From assembly GCA_000091205.1 (NCBI GenBank), contig AP006497.2: DNA of 64,000 bases; one strand, 5' to 3'. Of the stretch, positions 20,083-32,000 are shown one piece after another. Under the pieces are notes generated by a model. That model did not search any database. It worked only from the letters and a program-made list of their open reading frames with translations, and was not told where the DNA came from. Numbering within the stretch: the stretch's first letter is position 1; every line of letters begins with the position of its first letter. The DNA is from Cyanidioschyzon merolae. Taxonomy: Eukaryota. Both the position numbers and the translations under genes were made by a program.

Positions 20083-23000
20083 ATGCCGTCGTCCCCGACA
20101 CCGGGGGAGCTGCGCGCTCGACTGGAGGATCCTCAGCTCACCTCTGCAGAGCGTCTCAAGTTGCTTATCGAATTACGGGAAAACATTGAGTGGTTTCAAT
20201 CTACAGATTACCAGCAGTTTCTGGACCAATTAATCCCGTGCTTTGAGCAGATTCTCACAACGTTAACGAGACCGCAACTTGAAGAGAATGCTGAACAGGC
20301 TCTGCGACGAACCGTTCTCGAGGTGCTGAGTCGTTTGCCGCACGGGGAGGCGTTGCGGCCGCACGCACGACGACTCCTGCAAATGTGCCAGTATGTGCTC
20401 GACGTTGATGATGCGGAGCCGAACGCGGTTCTGGCGCTGCAGATCATGTTTGAGTGCCACAAAGCGTACCGTCCGCAACTTGCAGCGGCGATACCACCCT
20501 TTTTGGACTTTGTTTTGCGCATTTACGGCGTTTTTGAGTGGCGTGAATCAGATGATGATTCCCTGGTTGCTGAAGACACCGGACAACAGGATACATACCT
20601 TGAGCCGGGTTTGGAACAGGATGGCAGCGTCGAGGCAGCGTCGCGCAACCGACCGACGAATGTGCGGTATGCCCCGGCCTTGCGCTCTTATCGGACGGTT
20701 CGCGAATGCCCTCCGTTGTTTATGTATTTGTCGCAACACTATCCTGCTCTGATCGAGCCGCGACTCGATGAGCTTCTCGCAGTGATGGTGCGCGCTATCG
20801 AGATCCAGGTACCGCCGACGTCACCGGCTCGAGCTCTGCCGATCTACCACGACTTCATTACAGCGCAGATGAAAACCGTATCGTTTATTTCGTTCTTGCT
20901 GCGGCAGTTTGAGTCGCGAATGCTGCAGTACGCGGAGCGCGTTCCGCGCTCCGTCGTGAATCTACTACTCAACTGCCCAGACAGTGCGGTCTCGATTCGG
21001 AAGGAGCTGCTTATTGCCAGTCGGCATTTGTTAGCAACTGAGTTTCGCAGGGGTTTTTTCCTGCAAACAGACCTCCTTCTGGATGAGAAAGTCCTCATTG
21101 GAACCAGTCGAGCTGCTTACGAGACGTTGCGACCTCTGGCCTACTCGTTCCTCGCAGAGTTAGTTCATTTTGTGCGTTTAGAAGTGACGCTACCTCAACT
21201 GAGTCGCATCATTTATCTCTTTTCGACGAACGTTCACGATGCATCCCTTAGTTTCTCTATGCAAGCAACATCCATTCGTTTGTTGCTCAATCTCATTGAG
21301 GGTATCATGCACCGTCGCGAAGACCTCAACACCCGCGGACGCCAGCTTCTAGAACGTATTTTCGAAACGATTGTAACCAAGCTGATGGAAGTCGCCGAGG
21401 TGGTGCCGTCGTTGCTCGTGAGCACCGGCGCCGCCGACGGCAATGACGCCGAGGATAAGGCGAATGGGTCTGCGTCGAGCCAGCGCGCCTCTTCACCCAT
21501 ACCTGAGCCTTCTGCGAGCACAGAGACAGGTGCGATGCGCCCATCTGCAGTCCCGGATGAAAAGTCTCAAGAGGAGCGTTCCAAAGAGGTGCAGGAGTGC
21601 CGCCAACTCGTTAGAACCCTCGTTCTAGGTCTGAAGACCATTGTATGGAGCATGAGCAACGCTTTCGGAGACTCACGCACCCGGGGTCTGACTGAATGGG
21701 AATGCATTCTTGTCAGCCGGATGCTGCCGGCAGCGCGAACCTGTTTCCAGCTCTACAAATTCGGAGAGCCGGCGGAACAAAAAGAGATTTTGGACCAATT
21801 CGCTCAGGTGTTCACGGTAATGACTCCGCGCAACTTTCAAGACATCATCGGTGGACGCCTGCCCCAGCTGCTGGCGTTCATGGTCGAGCACCAGACTGCG
21901 CTCTCCATCCCGCAACATTTTTTGGCGAATACGAGCACCTCACGGTTCTTTGCGGATATCCTGATCACTTTTCTGACGGAGCATTTGGAGCAGGTGGTAA
22001 GCGACGATGCTGCGCGAGCGTCGGTGCTGTTGCGGTTATTCAAAATCATGTTCGCTTCGGTAACCCTATTCGCCGATAATGAGCCGGTGCTGAAGCCTCA
22101 CCTCGGTACCATCGTTCGAAGGTGCCTGGAGCTCGCTGCCACTGCAGAGAATCCTACGAATGCACTGCAGGTGCTTCGGGCACTCTTCAAGTCTCTTGCA
22201 GGGGGTCGCTTTGAGCTGCTTTATCGCGAATTCGTACCTATGCTCTATTACCTGCTTCATAGCCTGGAACGACTCATGCAAGGGCCTCTAGGCGAATCGC
22301 ATGGTCTCCTGCTCATCGAGCTGTGCCTAACTGCACCGGCTCGCCCATCCACTATTTTCCCGTACTTGCGTATGCACATGCGACCATTGGTGCGCGGCCT
22401 AGATTCCGAATCGGAGCTAACTTCCTTAAGTTTCCGAACGTTTGAATTTTGGATCGATACGCTCCACCCCGAGGTACTTGAGCGATTGATGCAGGCGGTG
22501 CAACCAGAACTGGAACGAGCGCTCTGGCGATACTTGTCGCCGACAAGCCCATTTTCAGCACAAGCAGTGCGCATTCTAGGCAAGCTGGGTGGTTTGAATC
22601 GCAAGACACCTCGAGAACTGACACCCTTGCCATGGCAGCAGCCTGTTCAAGCCATACATGCCGCGTTGGCCTGGTGTGATCGCGCCGAGCCGCTCACGGT
22701 AGCGCTCGATGAAGTGATCAATGCTGCAGTCGACGCAGTGCTATTCCAGGCCTCGTACAAAGTCGCCGCATACACTCTCTTGCAGCAGGTGATGATTGCC
22801 GCGCTCTCCAGCGCGTTGCCGCCACAGATCAAAGGGTGCCCTGCGGACCTCTTGCCCGCAAGCGTGTACACGATGACGAGTGCTTTCCCCCGGTTGCAGG
22901 TGTCCAAGACGATTTACACCAGAATGCTTACCGCGCTGTTCTTTGCCAGCGGTGATGACGCTCTGCAGCAGACTCGAAACGCTGTGGAATTTGCGCGACA

Positions 23001-26000
23001 ACTCTGTGATTATTTTTGTCGCATATGGATGGCACCTGTTCTTATGGAGAAAAGCACGTTGTCGGCACTCGAAGCAGCAGCGCTTAATGCCCATCGCACT
23101 CCCCCGGAAAACATCACCGAATGGACTCGATTTCCAGCCGCAGTGACCATCGACTGTTTCCTGGATGCACTGGTGGAGGCTGCTGTGCTTCAGCAAAAGA
23201 CCCTCGATCTGGCTGCTGCAGCGAAGGATCTTAACCTGTTCGCGCTGAGCCGCTGTGTCGAATTATTCAAAGGTGACTTTAGAGGCCCGCAACGCCCTGT
23301 GGTACCTGCGAGCGACGCAGCCGAGGTCGCGGCGCCTGACTCGAAACCGCTGACAGCTGCAGCCAAAGGTGCCCGCGCGACGGAGGCACCGAGTGCTGAG
23401 ACAGCGGCAACCACTGCAGTAGACGCTCCCGAGCACGAAAGCGTAGACCGTCTGCGCGACGACCACCGAGGCGCAGATACAGCGACTTGCGTGGACGAAG
23501 AGATCGCGCCACCGCTGCATAGTGTCGCGGGGGCCTCGCGCCTGACCGAGCAACTTGCGCTGCTGGTAGAGCGCATCTCCCATTTGGGTTATCGGGAGCG
23601 ATGGCAGGATCGCCTCAGCTGTGCAATGCTGCTGGCCGGCATCATCGAGCAACTGCCAACGGTGGTATTCCTGGATCGCTCTTATTGTCTTTACGAAGCG
23701 CGACTTGTTCGGGTTCTGCTGCAGGTTCTCAAAGGCTGCGCGCAAGAGGGCATGGCCAGCCGCAAACCTGCCCCACTAGTTCGACAGACATTGGAGACCC
23801 TACTGCGGCGTTGCCACGAGCCCACTAGTCCCGCGTGGGCGCTCGAGGACGTCACGTCGTCGACAATCCCGGAGACCGATCGACCCAGCAAGACCAATGC
23901 ATCGACACCTCGTGCGCGCTGTGGAGATGTGGTCGCCTGCCTTGTCTTTGATTTGGCCTCAGAGCACCAAGCTGTGCGCGAGACTGTGCACGCGTCGCTG
24001 GCACAACTGCTGCGCTACGGCGTTGGCCAGAACATGGCCGAGGTGCTCGCGCTGGCCCAGACACAGATCCTGCGGCCGTTACTCTCTCGTCGTGTTCGCA
24101 CGCTGCACTATTCCAGTCAGGTTGGGCATGTGGATTGTCTGCATTACTGCCTCGAAAACGGCATTATCCGGCCTTTCATTGATCAAGAGACGTCGCTGTT
24201 GCGCACCTCGTTGGTTGCAGCGATGGAGATATTTGAGGATCCGATTAATACGAGGCTCGGAGAAGCGGATGCGCTCATGCTGAACCGCCTGCTCGAAAAT
24301 CGTTTCGTCGACCAGGAGACCATCACGGCTATTGTGATGCTGCGGGAGAAGGTGCTGCAATTTTTGGCGCTTTGTCTGCGGCAGATCGACCAATTGGTAC
24401 ACACGCCGAACGAGGATATACGCTCGCTGTACGCACGCCTCGTTGCTTGTTTCTTCCGCGGTGTCGAGAGTCGGCATGAGGCCGTCACCAGGGCGGCGAA
24501 GCATGGACTGCGCGTTTTCACAGAACGTTCGCGTCAACTGCCCCGTGGGATTCTGTCGAGTAATCTGCGCCCGATTCTCCAAAATCTCTCCGACACGAAC
24601 AAGCTCTCGCTGCCGTATGCGCAGACGTTGGCAAATGTGCTGGAAGTGCTCTCAAACTGGTTCAATGTGCAACTCGGAGAGCGACTCGTGGAGCATTTGA
24701 TGAACTTGCGCGCTGGAAACCCACGCAATCCGTCGTTGCTAGCAGCGCGCATCATTGACTTGTTCCATCTATTGCCACCGGCTGCTTCGCGCTTTCTCGA
24801 TCGGCTCATCGCCATTGTGCTGTCCTTCGAGGATGAAATGGGGCCAGCGGATACCGGAGCTGGTCATCACGGTCTGCAAAGTCGCTGGGCAGGCTCCATG
24901 TCGCCGTATCGTGCTCCACTGTTGCGTTACCTGGAGAAGCACGCCAATCTGGCGATTGGCTACTTTTTAGAACGCATTCGCTTTGCGAACTACGCCTTGT
25001 TGTTTCAGTCATTGCTGCGAGCGCACAATGCGGAAAACCTGCGTCGCGAACTGGCGAACGACGTTTCGCGCTTTATTGCGGCAACCTTTGATCGTGGTCA
25101 TCTGTTGCAGGGTCTGCTCATTGTGGATGCACTCGAATCGTTCCAAGCAGGCTGGATCGCCACCCAGCGCCCAATATACAACATCGCCTTGCAGATCTGG
25201 CAGTCGGCAGAGCGACTGGAGCGCCTCCGCCGCGAGGAGACGCTCCCCGTTGACCAGCTGGCCGAGTCGTCACTGTTGGCACACGTGATCCTAGCGTACT
25301 GTGCTGTACACCATGGCGAAGTCGACGGTCTGTATGCGTTGCTCTCGATATTCTCTTTACGCACATTACGCGACTTTAGTTTCGTTCGACGCTTTCTTAC
25401 CGAGACGGTAGCCCAAAGCTATCCTATTCTGTATCGCAAGAAGATTGTGGAGCGATTTCTGGAGCGTTACCTGGATCCTGAGCTTTCGGACGAAGTGAAA
25501 ATGTATGCGCTGCTCTATCTCGTGATTCCAATTTTGCGACAGGCGTTTCGTGCCGGTGAAGGGCTCGCGATTCTCGATGCCGTGACGCTCGAGGTGCTGG
25601 TGAAGCGTCTCTTCACGAGCACACCACCAGCATCGGAAGCGCTAACAGACGCCAGTGCGGATGGCGGCGGCGGCGGCGATACGGCGCCAATGCTCGCGTC
25701 TCCTGCGGAGAGCGACGTGCTTGGAGAAGCGCTGCTGCAACTTTCGACGCTGCTGATTGAGGAGATGCCCATCGAGCTGGTGCAATATCGCCGCGAAATC
25801 ATCCGCTTTGGATGGAATTATCTGAAGCGAGATGATTCGATCGCCAAGCCGTGGGCATTCCTCAATGTGGCACGCTTCTTTGAGGCCTACCAAGCCCCGG
25901 AAAAGATTGTGCTGCAGGTTTTTGTGGCGCTTCTGCGAGCAAGTCAAAGCGAACAGCGCGCACTCGTACGCCAGGCGCTTCGTATTGTGACGAGCATCTT

Positions 26001-29000
26001 GCCATCACGTCTTCCCGCGACGCTGGGTAAGGCGCGCCATGCGCCCTGGATTCGTTTCACCAAGAAGATCTTAGTGGAAGAGAGTTATTCAGCGCTGCAC
26101 TTGGCGCATATTTGGTCGTTAGTCATTGATAAGCAGGAGCTTTTCTTTCCAGGCTACGCGTCGCTGATGCCGCACATGGTGAACTCGTTGCCGCGTCTGG
26201 TCTCGGGCAGCGTTTCAGCTCGAGAGCACCGACGCCTTGCGTTGGAACTTGCGGGTCTCGTGGTCGCGTGGCAGCAGCGCTTGCTGCAAGTCGGGAACAA
26301 CGCCTCCATTTCATCTAACGCACCATCAGAAAATGGGGAAAGCGCAAACGCTAGTCCGCAGACGGGCTCAGCGCCGATGGCATCGCCAGATGTCGCTCGC
26401 CGTCTGGAGGATCTCTCCGCAGTTACCGAAGTGGTGCTGCAGTTTCTGATTCGCCTGCCGTTCCTGGTTTCGGAGCCAGGAGAGCACACAGAGCTTTTCA
26501 CGCGAGCGCGATCGCTACTCGTCAAAGCGCAACGCGTTTGGAACCACCTGGGCAGTGAGCGCTCACCGATTGCTCAAATGTCCTGTCTCGACAAGCTGCT
26601 GGATAATCTGGCGGCTACGGCTGCTGCGTCGCCAACGACAGCCACGGGGCAAACATCGGCTAGCGGTACAAATACCGCCGCGATGCCTGGCGCGCCGGCA
26701 CCCGCGCAGAGCCACAGTACGACGAGCACTATCTCGACATCGACAACGAGCGCAGGCGCGGCGAGCGCTGCACATCATCGCACAGCGAATGCCGGTACCG
26801 CGTCTGCGACTGTAGCACCGCCGAATAACCCGCGAGATGCGCCAGCGAGCCGAGCACGGGAAGCACTCGCGCGTTCCCGACGTCTCGTGCTGGAGCACAT
26901 CGTGGAGCTGTGCGAGTTGTTTCTCGATTGGCAGGGCATTCGCTGGATTCTCGCGAACAGTAACTCACTGCGCAAACTCGTGCGTCCGGTGCTCGCAGCG
27001 GGCATGCTACCGCTTGCCTACCGATTCGCACTGCTGTTGTGCAAACTCTGGCTCCAGATAGGGGACGCCCTGCGTACACCCGAGTCAACAGAGGATCAGA
27101 GAGCAAATCTGGAAACGGTGCGACGAGACTTGGAACAAGCGCTGTTCGAGGCACTCGATATCCATTCGGACACGGCGACGTTGCATCGCTCGTTGCTCCT
27201 GGCCCAGACGCTTGATCCAGAACGTTTCACGACGAAGCATGTGGAGCTGATTGTGCGCATTTTGCAAATCCTCATGCGAGAGTGCCTCGCAGGTATCCAG
27301 ACAAATCGTCGCATGGTGCTGATACCGGCACCAGCGTCCGGGGACCGACCCCAAGCATCTTCGAGCCGAGCGCAACTCGGCACTTCAGCCGGGCGTTCGT
27401 CGCATCCGCCTGAAGCTTCTGTTACTGGTTCTGGTACCGGAGCTTCCTGGCCAGCCGCTACAGGTACGGTTACGAAGACTGGTACTTTTTCGACCATGAC
27501 GCGTCTCGCACAGGTTGCAGGTGAATCAGCACCGTTAGGGTCTGTAGCGGACCCAACCGCCAGTGTCAAAGAGACCAAGTCCGCGCATGTGGCATCCGGC
27601 GATGAGCACTTGCCAGCCAAGGGCGGGTTCGAGTATCCAGGGGTCGCGAACCCGCTCCTTGTGTGTCTGGAGATTCTTGAGCGGCTCTTCCATGGTCTCG
27701 CGGATTATCGCCGGTCGTTTTTGCAGATGCTCTGGGTGCTCTTGGACAAGTGCTGTTACAGCGAGGTACTGATGCACGTGGTGCGCGTCCTGAGTCAGTG
27801 GATTCTCATGGATGCCGATGATCCTGGCGCATTCCTTCAGCCCAAAGAGAAAGTGCATTTTCTTGTGAAAATGACCGTGTTTGAACGTATTACCGGTGCG
27901 GAGGCGCACCTGGAAGCTTTCCTGCCGCTCGTACTGCGCCTCTTGGCGGAACCGTGCCATGCACTGCCTCGAGACTGGCTACCTCGACTCGAACGGCCGT
28001 TTATGATCGGATTGCGCGCGAGTAATCCGCAATTGCGTCAAGCGTTCTTCCAGCTTTTGGATGAATCCATCATTCGTAACCCAGTGGATCGACTCTACTA
28101 CATTTTTGAGTATCAGAGCTGGGAATCGCTTGCCGACTCGTTGTGGATTCGACAGGCAACCGCCTTGCTTCTGGCACTGGTGCAAGTCCCCGGCTCACGG
28201 ATTGAACTGACCCCGGACTGCGTTCGCCTTGGCTGTGTATCGTATCGTAGCGGCACCGCTGCGGATGACGCCATGACCTGGGAGGTCTCGCGGCCGGGCG
28301 CTGACGCTCCTACTGACGCTGCTGATGCCCCCCGTGAGACATTGACAAAGGGCGCTCAACGATCACCTACGGACGATGCGTATGTAGAAGCGTTTGCCGG
28401 TGCCTGGACGGCGCTCGACGGGCACGTCGATACAAATGCATTCTTCGAGGCGCTCCATGAACTCTTGCATCACGATGTGAGTACGCTACAAAGTCTCTGG
28501 ACCCAGCTGTTCGGAGCGGTGTGGTCGCTCCTGAGCGATCGCGAAGAACGCCTGGCCATGCAAGACGCACTGATCGCACTGCTCTGTCGCGATTATCTGC
28601 TGACACAGTGCAGGTGGCGAGTCAATGTCGTGCAGATCATTCTGGATGCGGCGACCAAGTGCGCACCGCAAGTTGTGATTCCGCCTCAGCTCGCATTGCA
28701 TCTTGCGACGCACTGGAACGCCTGGCATATTGCACTGACCTATTTGGAGCGACGTTCGCGCTCGTCGACTTTGGGTGTGGCGCGGCATTCGGATTTCGTG
28801 TTCGATTCGCTGCCTGATGGTCATGAATTTGCTGGGATTCTGGACGCGAAGGCAGAGCTCTATCGGCAGCTGAACGAGTACGATCTGTACATTGGCCTAT
28901 GGAAGCGGCGCGCGATGGACTCGCGAACGCTCTTGGCGCTGTCTCTGGAGCAACAAGGCCACTTGCCGGCAGCTCAGAACCTCTACTATGATGCGATGAC

Positions 29001-32000
29001 GAATACAGAGAGCCGAGTTGCTGTCACCGAGGCCGAAGCCGCACTCTGGGAAGATCGATGGCTGCACTGCGCCGAAGAATTGAACCAGTGGGATGCACTC
29101 ACCGAGTTTTCGCGCACAGTGATGCACCCAACGCTTCTACACGAAGCACTGTGGCGGTTGCCGGACTGGGCGGCGCTCAAAGAGCTGCTCATGAAGATGC
29201 CGCCCGAGGATAGTCCACGCCTCAAGATTCTCCAGTCGTTTGTGCAGTTACAGGAGAATCGACTGGATCAGGTGGAGCCTTTCATCTCTTCGGGAATTCG
29301 ACGCGCCCTCGAGGAGTGGCAAGGCCTCCCCGAGAACTCCAGTATTACGGCTTTTGAGCCATCGCTGGTGCTTTTCCAGCAATTTGTCGAGCTGAGTGAG
29401 AGTGCCTCGATTCTACAGGAGCTTAATAACGCGCTCCAGAACCCGACGCTGCTGGAGACGCACGCGGAGAACATTCGACTGGTGCTGGCGATGTGGCGCG
29501 ATCGTCAGGCCAATCACTGGGATCGGCTCAGCGATTGGAATCGCTTGATCTGCTGGCGTAATCACGTGCTGACTGCGGTAGTGCATACGCTGCAGGGGTT
29601 GCGTAATCGCTCGCGGGTGGATATCCCACAGCCGCTACTCTGCATGGGAATCAACGAGACTGCCTGGAATGTGAACTGCTACGCGCGAGCGGCGCGGAAA
29701 CAGCGTTTGTCTGAAGTGTGTATGCAGGCCCTGCAACGCATGTATCCTTACTCGACAATGGATGTGCAGGATTTTTTCATGAAGACCAAGGAACAGGCCA
29801 AGGCACATTTGCTGTTGCCTTCGAATGATGACGTCGCCCTGCGCGCCGGCCTCGTTCAACTACAACATACGAATCGGGAGTATTTCAATACACGCCAAAA
29901 GGCATACCTCAGTGCCTTGGAGGGCGAGTTCTACCACCGATTGGGCGAGTTTGGGGCAGCGAATCAGGCGTTTGCGTCCAGCGTCCGTGAATACGGCGAG
30001 CACGGCGGCGTCTGGCTCCGTTGGGCCCGCTACTGCGATCAACGTGGTCGTTTGGCGAGCGCCGTTCACTGCTACCTGCAAGGCATTCGCTTTGGATCTA
30101 GACAAGCGCGCGAGCATCTCGTGTCTGTGTTCCGCATCGTTTTTGCACTGGACGGGGCGTCGTCGAATGCCGTCGCTGACTCGAGTAGCCTCGAGGCGAT
30201 GCAGACAGAGCAGGCAGCAGCGACGACGACGACGACGACGACGACGACCGGCACGGCAGACGCTGCTGCTCCCGCCTCGCCGCTTACAACGACATCGGCG
30301 CCTGTTGCCGTGTCGTCGAGCAGCGCGGCGGTGTCTGCGGGCGCTTCCGCTGAGGTGCACGCCTCACAGACGCCTTCGGAGGGTCTCGGCGAGTCGCGCA
30401 CCGACGCCTGTGATGTGTGTGAATCCTTCGTCGGGGTACTCCCGGTCTGGATCTGGGTACCCTGGAGCCACGAGCTCATTTCGTTATTGTCCTTGGGACG
30501 CGAGCTCAAATTGTTGCGGCATATTTTGCTCCGCGTTGCCGGCTACTATCCAGAGGCACTCTTTTTCCAACTGCGGACGTTCATCGAGGAGCGACGGCTG
30601 CTCGATCGCCCTACCCGGATGCTCTGTCCGCGGGTGGATCAGATCCAACTTCCAGTGATGCATCCGCTGCGTTCCCAAGTCGCCAGCGGGATACCTCCCT
30701 CGAGCAGCAGCAGTAGCAGCACATCGAGCGCGAAGAGGAACGACCCCACAACAATAACCGCAGCAGCTGCAGCTGCTGCTACTACTGCCGGTGCGGATCG
30801 GTCCCGCAAACCGGAGTCGACGACGACGACGACGACGACGACGCTCTCTGCTGCCGGAAATGAACCATCGAGCGTTGCTGCTTCAGCCGGGAACACTGCC
30901 GGGAACAGCGCCCAAAAAGATGCGGAAAACGCAAGTGCCAGCGGTGCGAACGCGGCTTCAACGGGAGCGACGCCCGCACCAAACCAGCCACGCGGCTCAG
31001 GCACGAGTGCGCTCCCGAGTGTCGAGCAGAATATTCTCAGCATGTTGCAGTTGCCACTCGGAGATACACCATTCGAAATCGCCGACACTGTGCTGGCGTT
31101 CATGGTGAAGCAACACCCCCAGCTTCTCGTTGAGTTGGAGACCATTGCTCGTGAACTTAGTTTGCGCATGAAACCAAGCGCTGAAGAACAGGTGCTGCAC
31201 GTGCTGAATGCACTGCTGCATCGATGCTGGAGCCTGCCACCGCTGATGCATCGTGAGGTGAGCTCGGGCATGCGCAGCGCCCTCGAGGAGGTCAGCAAGA
31301 TGTGTTTCGGGACCGGGTTGGCCGCGGACGAGTTCCACGTACCACCGACGTTGGCAGATCTCCGTGAGGCCTTTGAGGCAGAACTTGCACCGCAGACCGC
31401 CAAAAACTTTCCAAAAACGATAGAGCCGTTTGTTGCTCTGCTGAGAAAGTGGCGGGGAATCTTCAGCCGGCGCGTTCAAGCCATGCCTGAAACGCTGCGC
31501 CTAGAGCGAGTCTCCCGCAAATTGGTCGACGTTCGTGATTCCCAGCTGCACGTGTTCGGTCAACTCATTCAACTGGCCCAGGAGGATGGCGAGCCTCTGC
31601 CCGATCTCCTGGTCCATATCCAGAGTTTTAGCGTCGACGTGCAAGTTGTCCACCATTGTGGGAGTTCCGCACGCGGCATCGCGGTAACCGGATCCGACGG
31701 CCGTCAGTACCGGTTCCTCGTGGAGACAGCACTTGGGGCGTCGCTCCAACGCAGTGAAGATCGCGTTGGACACGTTTGTCGCTTCATGAACGCACTCTTC
31801 CAACGGGACAGCGAAGCTCGCCGTCGTCGGTTGGTAGCTCTGGTGCCGTTCTCGCTGCCGCTGAGTCCGCAGGCACGACTCGTTGCGTATCAGGAAAACA
31901 CCCTGCGCATCCAGCACGCGTTGCAGGCATTCTGTGAGTGTCACGGATTTGACATGGATGATACGCTGGTGGCTTTCCGCGATACCTGTGCACTGCGATT

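Noticed and set aside
27628-27645. tRNA T-arm-like 'gggttcgagtatcc', and other 'ggttcga'-like strings (for example 18195)
   Set aside because: They have no matching A-box or acceptor-stem complementarity. The first lies inside the TRRAP coding frame. No convincing tRNA cloverleaf was found anywhere in the window.
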